From the NCBI RefSeq assembly GCF_037042905.1, contig NW_026974140.1, positions 10,168,001-10,232,000 on the forward strand: a DNA stretch of 64,000 nucleotides, read 5' to 3'. A program made the position numbers and the translations under genes. Each line of letters opens with the position of its first letter. Within the stretch, counting starts at the first letter, position 1. The DNA comes from Lytechinus pictus (Eukaryota). The notes beneath the pieces were generated by a model that was not told the DNA's origin, ran no database searches, and saw only the letters and a list, made by a program, of their open reading frames with translations. Below, in pieces: positions 59,321 to 64,000 of the stretch.

Positions 59321-62300
59321 AACAGATCTGGAGAATTGAGAATACGTTAAATACACATTCTTTTTTACAGAGTCTTAGTAGTGGAAGATGGCGTGGCTTT
59401 AATAGTTTGAATTTTTTAAATCACCCGGTCTGGAGTAAAAGACTAAACTTTAAACTCATCTTATTCCACAGAATTGAGACTGTGGTGTCTTAATTTGATT
59501 TTTTTTTTAATTATTGATATAACAAGGTCTGGGGTGAAGACTACATTCTATATCTATTTTTACAGGGTCTTAAATTGGTAGACGGTGAGGTGTTACAGTT
59601 TTTAATTATTATTTTTGAAAGACTATGCTCTTTACTTATGCTTTAGTACAGGATCTTGGTTTAGAAGGATCTTCAAATTGTTAAATAACCGGGTATGGAG
59701 TATGAAAAGACTACACTCTGTATCCATGTTATTCCAAACGATAGTGGGTCTTAGTTTTTAAGATTTTTTTTTAAAGTTTTGAAACAACCGGGTCTTGGGT
59801 AAAGACTCTGTTCTCAGCTACGCATGCTTTAGTACAGAAGTCTTATAGTTTTGAAGATTCTTAAATTTTTTTATATAACCGAGTCTGGAGTAAAGACCAC
59901 TCAATCAATATATATAATATCCATTCCACACAATGGTGGGTCTGGAGTACATTTGTGGGTAAGAGAGTTATTACATTTGCCGGCGATCTTGTTACATTTG
60001 TGTGTAATATGTCATTACGTTTGAGGGTGTAATTACATTGTGGGTATAACATCTCTCGCCCGAATGACCCCCCCCAAAAAAAAATATATATATATATATA
60101 TACTCTTGTGCCCCATTTGCATTGAAAGTGCCTCAGGCAGTGTTCGAAATTGAGTGTCCCTTAAAAGCGTTTCATCGCCGATGGCACTTTAACTTCTCCC
60201 CTATGCAGGCATGTTTCTCATTTTAACAGTAATGTTATAAAACATTTCATGAGAAATAGCCTTAATATTGATAAAAACAGTGATTTGCACATATCCCGGA
60301 GGTGTTTACACATTTCCTGTGAGAATTGCTCATTTGCACATATCCCAGCGTGGCGTTTGCAAAAATACCATTGTTTGCACAAATCCCGGCGAAATTTTGC
60401 AAATATAGTGTACCGTTGTTCGCACATATCCCGGCGTTTGCACATAACCCGGCTCCACACACCCCCAACACCCCCACTTCTCAGGGCCATCCCATCTACT
60501 ATTGTAATCCTTATTTTATTTGATTTTTTTTTCTCTGCTATTTAACATGCCTTTCTATACTTAGAGGGAAATGTTTGTAGATGTGAATACCTTCAGCTCT
60601 TTGATTATTCTTCATCCATAGAAGGTTTGCAAAATGCTCTCATACTTTACCCTCTATGTGCAGACATCAAATGCCACCAATTATCGTCTTATTTTAAAGT
60701 GAGTGCTATATAATACTTTAAGCTGCCCCAAACCAAATATTTCATTATTTAAAGCCTTTTTTCTTGGGGTATTTCAAAGAAGAAATTATGAACAAATGGA
60801 GCTGATGTAAAATATCAAAATGTGATAATTATATTATATTCAGCATGTATCACCAAAAAGAAAAGTTAAAATAATAATTTGATTTGGATTAAGAAAGTGT
60901 AATGCTACTTTTGTTTAATATGCAGTGAGAAGAGTCAAAAGCTTTCAACCAAGCGCCTATGGCAGCTGGAGCTAAAGCTGGGTAGTATCCCATTGAATAG
61001 GCAATTAGGTAATTGGCACCTTTTTTTTGAAGACTAGGTTTGTTACAGAATTTGATTTCGATCAATTTTTAGTGAGATAATATTATTAAAATGGCTTGGA
61101 ATGTGATTGGAATGAGTATTTTTTGTAGCAATTTTGTGAAAATTTGTAGTTGACGTGATTTCAAATGAACTACAGTATACCATCCCAATCCTTGTCTGAA
61201 AACATGTACAAGGCTTGAAATAACAAAATAAAAAGTCTGCTAATGGGGTGTCATGCTGTAGAGCTCAGGTCGTGATTTTCACAAAGGAACATTGAATTTG
61301 ACCCCTCCAAGTTGGGTATAAGGTTAAACATCCTGGTGCCCCACTATTTACATTTACAATTTTCATTTATTAATAAATTATGAAATAATGATATACACTA
61401 AGATGACACACAAAAGAGATATCAAGATAAGTTTCCAAGAAAACACTTGTGCAAACAATCTTCAAATATGCAAGAGGAACAAATTTGAAATATTTACAGT
61501 TATGTCCTCCATAATGTAAGATAAGCTACAGAATGATAGGGGTTTGTTTGAACAGAGAAAAAAGTGGTACGGTTGTGCATTGCCGGGCTGTCAAAACCTT
61601 GTTTATCAGTGTTCATAAAAGTTTAGGGCAGATCAGAAAAGCTGCATTATAGAAATACATGTACAACCTCATATTGTCTGAAAACTGCCTCCTAATTTAT
61701 GTGAAGAACTCTTCCTAGGCAAGAAAATGTTTGCTACTAAAGTCTTAACTATAAAATAAACTCTAAAGGAGTATTGATAATCAATCAAGTTTGTACATGT
61801 ATCTGTGGTGTCATTTTATCCACAATGTATTGTGTAAATAATAAAATATTAACAAAATAACATTAGCTTCTGTTTGCTATCTTTTTTTTAAACTCTCATA
61901 CCCATATATTTTAATGTGATCTGTGATTGTTGATGATTTGCATCTGCTCTTTTTTTAGAAAAGTTACTTTTAGAAATGGCTGTGACCTTATTGCTTTTTT
62001 TTCCTTTGAGCTGTCAGAAATTCTTATCCCTTCTTAACCAGGGCCCTGTAACATAAAGCTTCAAGTTTGCATGGGGCTTATTTATATGATTGATTGCATT
62101 GATTATTGTGTATGATCAATCATAGATATCAACCTTATGATCAATTGCAAAGCTTTATGTTACCGGGTCCAGGGTTGAAGATACATGACTCTGTTTTAAT
62201 GGAGAAACTTACATCAGGGCCCTGTTACATAAAGCTTCGCAATTGATCATATGACTGATTTCTACAATTGATTGCATTGATTATTGTGTATGATCAGTCA

Positions 62301-62383
62301 TAAAACTCAGCCCCATTGTATTTTGTTATGGTCCGTTGCAGAAAGAGTTGTGTTTTTTACTTATGTCTACACAGCATATTTTC

Positions 62384-63979
62384 TTAACTAAAGAGATATG
62401 TTTTTAATTTTGATTTGAAGAGAGCCATGAATGGAGAGCTTCTTATATCAATTGGCAGGCTATTCCATAGTTTGGGGGCAGCAAGTGCAAATGCACGATC
62501 ACCAAGTGTGACTTTTGTTTTGTGAAATGGGATCTGAAACAATAATTTATCTGTGGAACTTCGCAGGCTTCGACTGTGTGATTGGGTTTTAAGTTTGAGT
62601 AATTCTGTAATGTAATGTGGGGCTTGACCGATTAATGATTTATATACAATTAACAGAATTTCGAATGAAATTCTTTGACGTACAGGCAACCAGTGGAGTT
62701 CTCTCAGAAGAGGTGTAGTGGAACTGAACTTTGGGACACGGTAGATAAGTCTTGCACATGAATTTTGGACTCTTTGTAGCTTAGAAATGAGACTATCAGG
62801 CATTCCAAACAACAAACCATTACAGTAATCAAGCTTACTTGTAATCAGAGCATGCGCCACCAGTTTGATACTTTCTTGATCAAAGTATTTGCGAATGCGC
62901 CGAAGGTTATAGAAGAGATAATATGTCGATTTGCATACATTCGTGACCTGGGTTTCCATATTGAGGTTTGTATCAAAATAAACTCCTAAATTCCTTGCAG
63001 TATCAGATGGTTTGACATTGGATACTCCAATTTTTATACAGTTGATATTAATTTTAGAGATCTGCTGTGAGGTGCCGATGAGCAGAAATTCACTTTTGCT
63101 ATCATTTAATTTCAGATTATTGTTGAGCATCCAGCTACGAATGAAACAGATACATTGTTCCAGCCTTGAAACACTTGTGTCTGCAGAGGTAGAAGATGCC
63201 CTAAAAGATATATACAATTGTGTGTCGTCAGCATAACAATGACAGGAAACTTCAGGAAAATTATTCTGAGTGCTATTAATAAGGCTGCTTGTGTATAAAG
63301 CAAAAAGCAATGGACCGAGTCGTGAGCCCTGGGGCACGCCAAAAGGTACTGGGAAAGAATCTGAGACAGTACCATCAATAACAACTTTTTGATGCCGATC
63401 AGACAAGTATGACTTGATCCAGTTGAGAGCCAAACCATTGATTCCGAAACAGTTATGCAAAATTTCCATAAGTCTGGTGTGGTCTATAGTATCAAATGCG
63501 CTACTTAAGTCTAGTAATACTAGAAGAGTGACTTTCTGATTGTCCATTGCCATCAGAATTTCACTCTTATTCCTAAGTAGCGCAGTTTCTGTACTATGAT
63601 ATTGTCTATATGCGGATTGGTTGGATGGAAGAAGTGAATTGCTATTGAGGAACTGTAAGATTTGTTGAGTGGCTGCACCTTCAACCAATTTTGAAATATA
63701 TTGTAAGTTGCTTACAGGTCTTAGATTACAGAATTCAGGATCTAGACCTGGCTTTTTCAAAAGAGGTGAAACTAGGGCTACTTTCCATTCATTAGGAAAA
63801 TGACCTGTAGACAGTGAGACATTGATCATAGACGTAAAAACAGGAAGTATAACATCAATATGTTGCATAATAATATTTGTTGGAAGTGGATCAGCAGAGC
63901 AAGACTTCTTAGTGAGCTTCATTACAAGTTGCCTTACTTCTCGTTCTGATAACAGTTTAAATTTATCAAACCTAATAAT
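62384..63979 (-). mobile_element. L2-clade LINE reverse transcriptase region, uninterrupted 531-codon frame
   Basis: Motifs SCSADPLPT, PLLKKPGLD...NLRPVSNL, LLDLSSAFDTIDH, GVPQGSRLGPLLF, YADDTQLY, GDRAFALAAPKLWNSLP and FKSKLKTYLF. The frame stays open 19 codons upstream of the annotated M to a stop at 63980-63982. Confidence 0.93.
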
Positions 63980-64000
63980 TTATTTCATGCAAAATGCTAT

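Larger units (their letters stand above)
58174..59327 (-). pseudogene. Decayed terminal exon inside the Ginger-like element: acidic 8-aa repeats, F-box-like motif and Trp-rich C-terminus
   Basis: Acceptor ttctcaattctccAG at 59329-59328. It reads (GLDEGVRD)n, an acidic linker with one stop, frameshifted SPFDRLPNEILT and CVNKRFK segments, then ORF 58174..58374 ending GWYTIQHVFWSKK; AATAAA lies downstream. Confidence 0.5.
57048..60459. mobile_element. Ginger2/TDD-like non-autonomous DNA transposon with ~470-bp composite inverted arms
   Basis: caccc|TGTGGAGCCGGGTTATGTGC...GCACATAACCCGGCTCCACA|caccc (TGT..ACA termini, 5-bp TSD). The arms ~57048-57520 and ~59945-60459 are inverted copies. Confidence 0.8.

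Overview
AT-rich animal genomic DNA from a gapped short-read scaffold (four N gaps). The repeat style (poly-G/C-tracted MITEs, tRNA/L2-tailed SINEs, TAGGCCTA runs) suggests a sea urchin; this is an inference. The window has four main parts. (1) Three paralogous type-I membrane mucin/proteoglycan-like genes: 799-2607 (-), 19779-21455 (+) and 28074-29222 (+). Each has its whole CDS in one exon directly behind a splice acceptor, a Thr/Ser/Asp/Pro tandem-repeat ectodomain built on a shared 36-bp register, an (L/I)SxGAIAGIVI transmembrane helix, and a short tail with a conserved V-x-P motif. (2) An 8-exon WBP4/FBP21 orthologue (44543-55115 +, about 305 aa, U1/matrin zinc finger plus one WW domain) whose C-terminal coding segment is triplicated into the 3' UTR. 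(3) Many non-autonomous DNA transposons (hAT, Kolobok, Harbinger, EnSpm-like, Sola-like, Helentron-like), often nested, plus SINEs and several LINE remnants, including a 531-codon uninterrupted L2-type RT frame. (4) A 3.4-kb TGT...ACA Ginger-like element (57048-60459, 5-bp TSD) with doubled symmetric termini and a decayed F-box-like cargo exon. All assignments were read by eye; no database searches were run.
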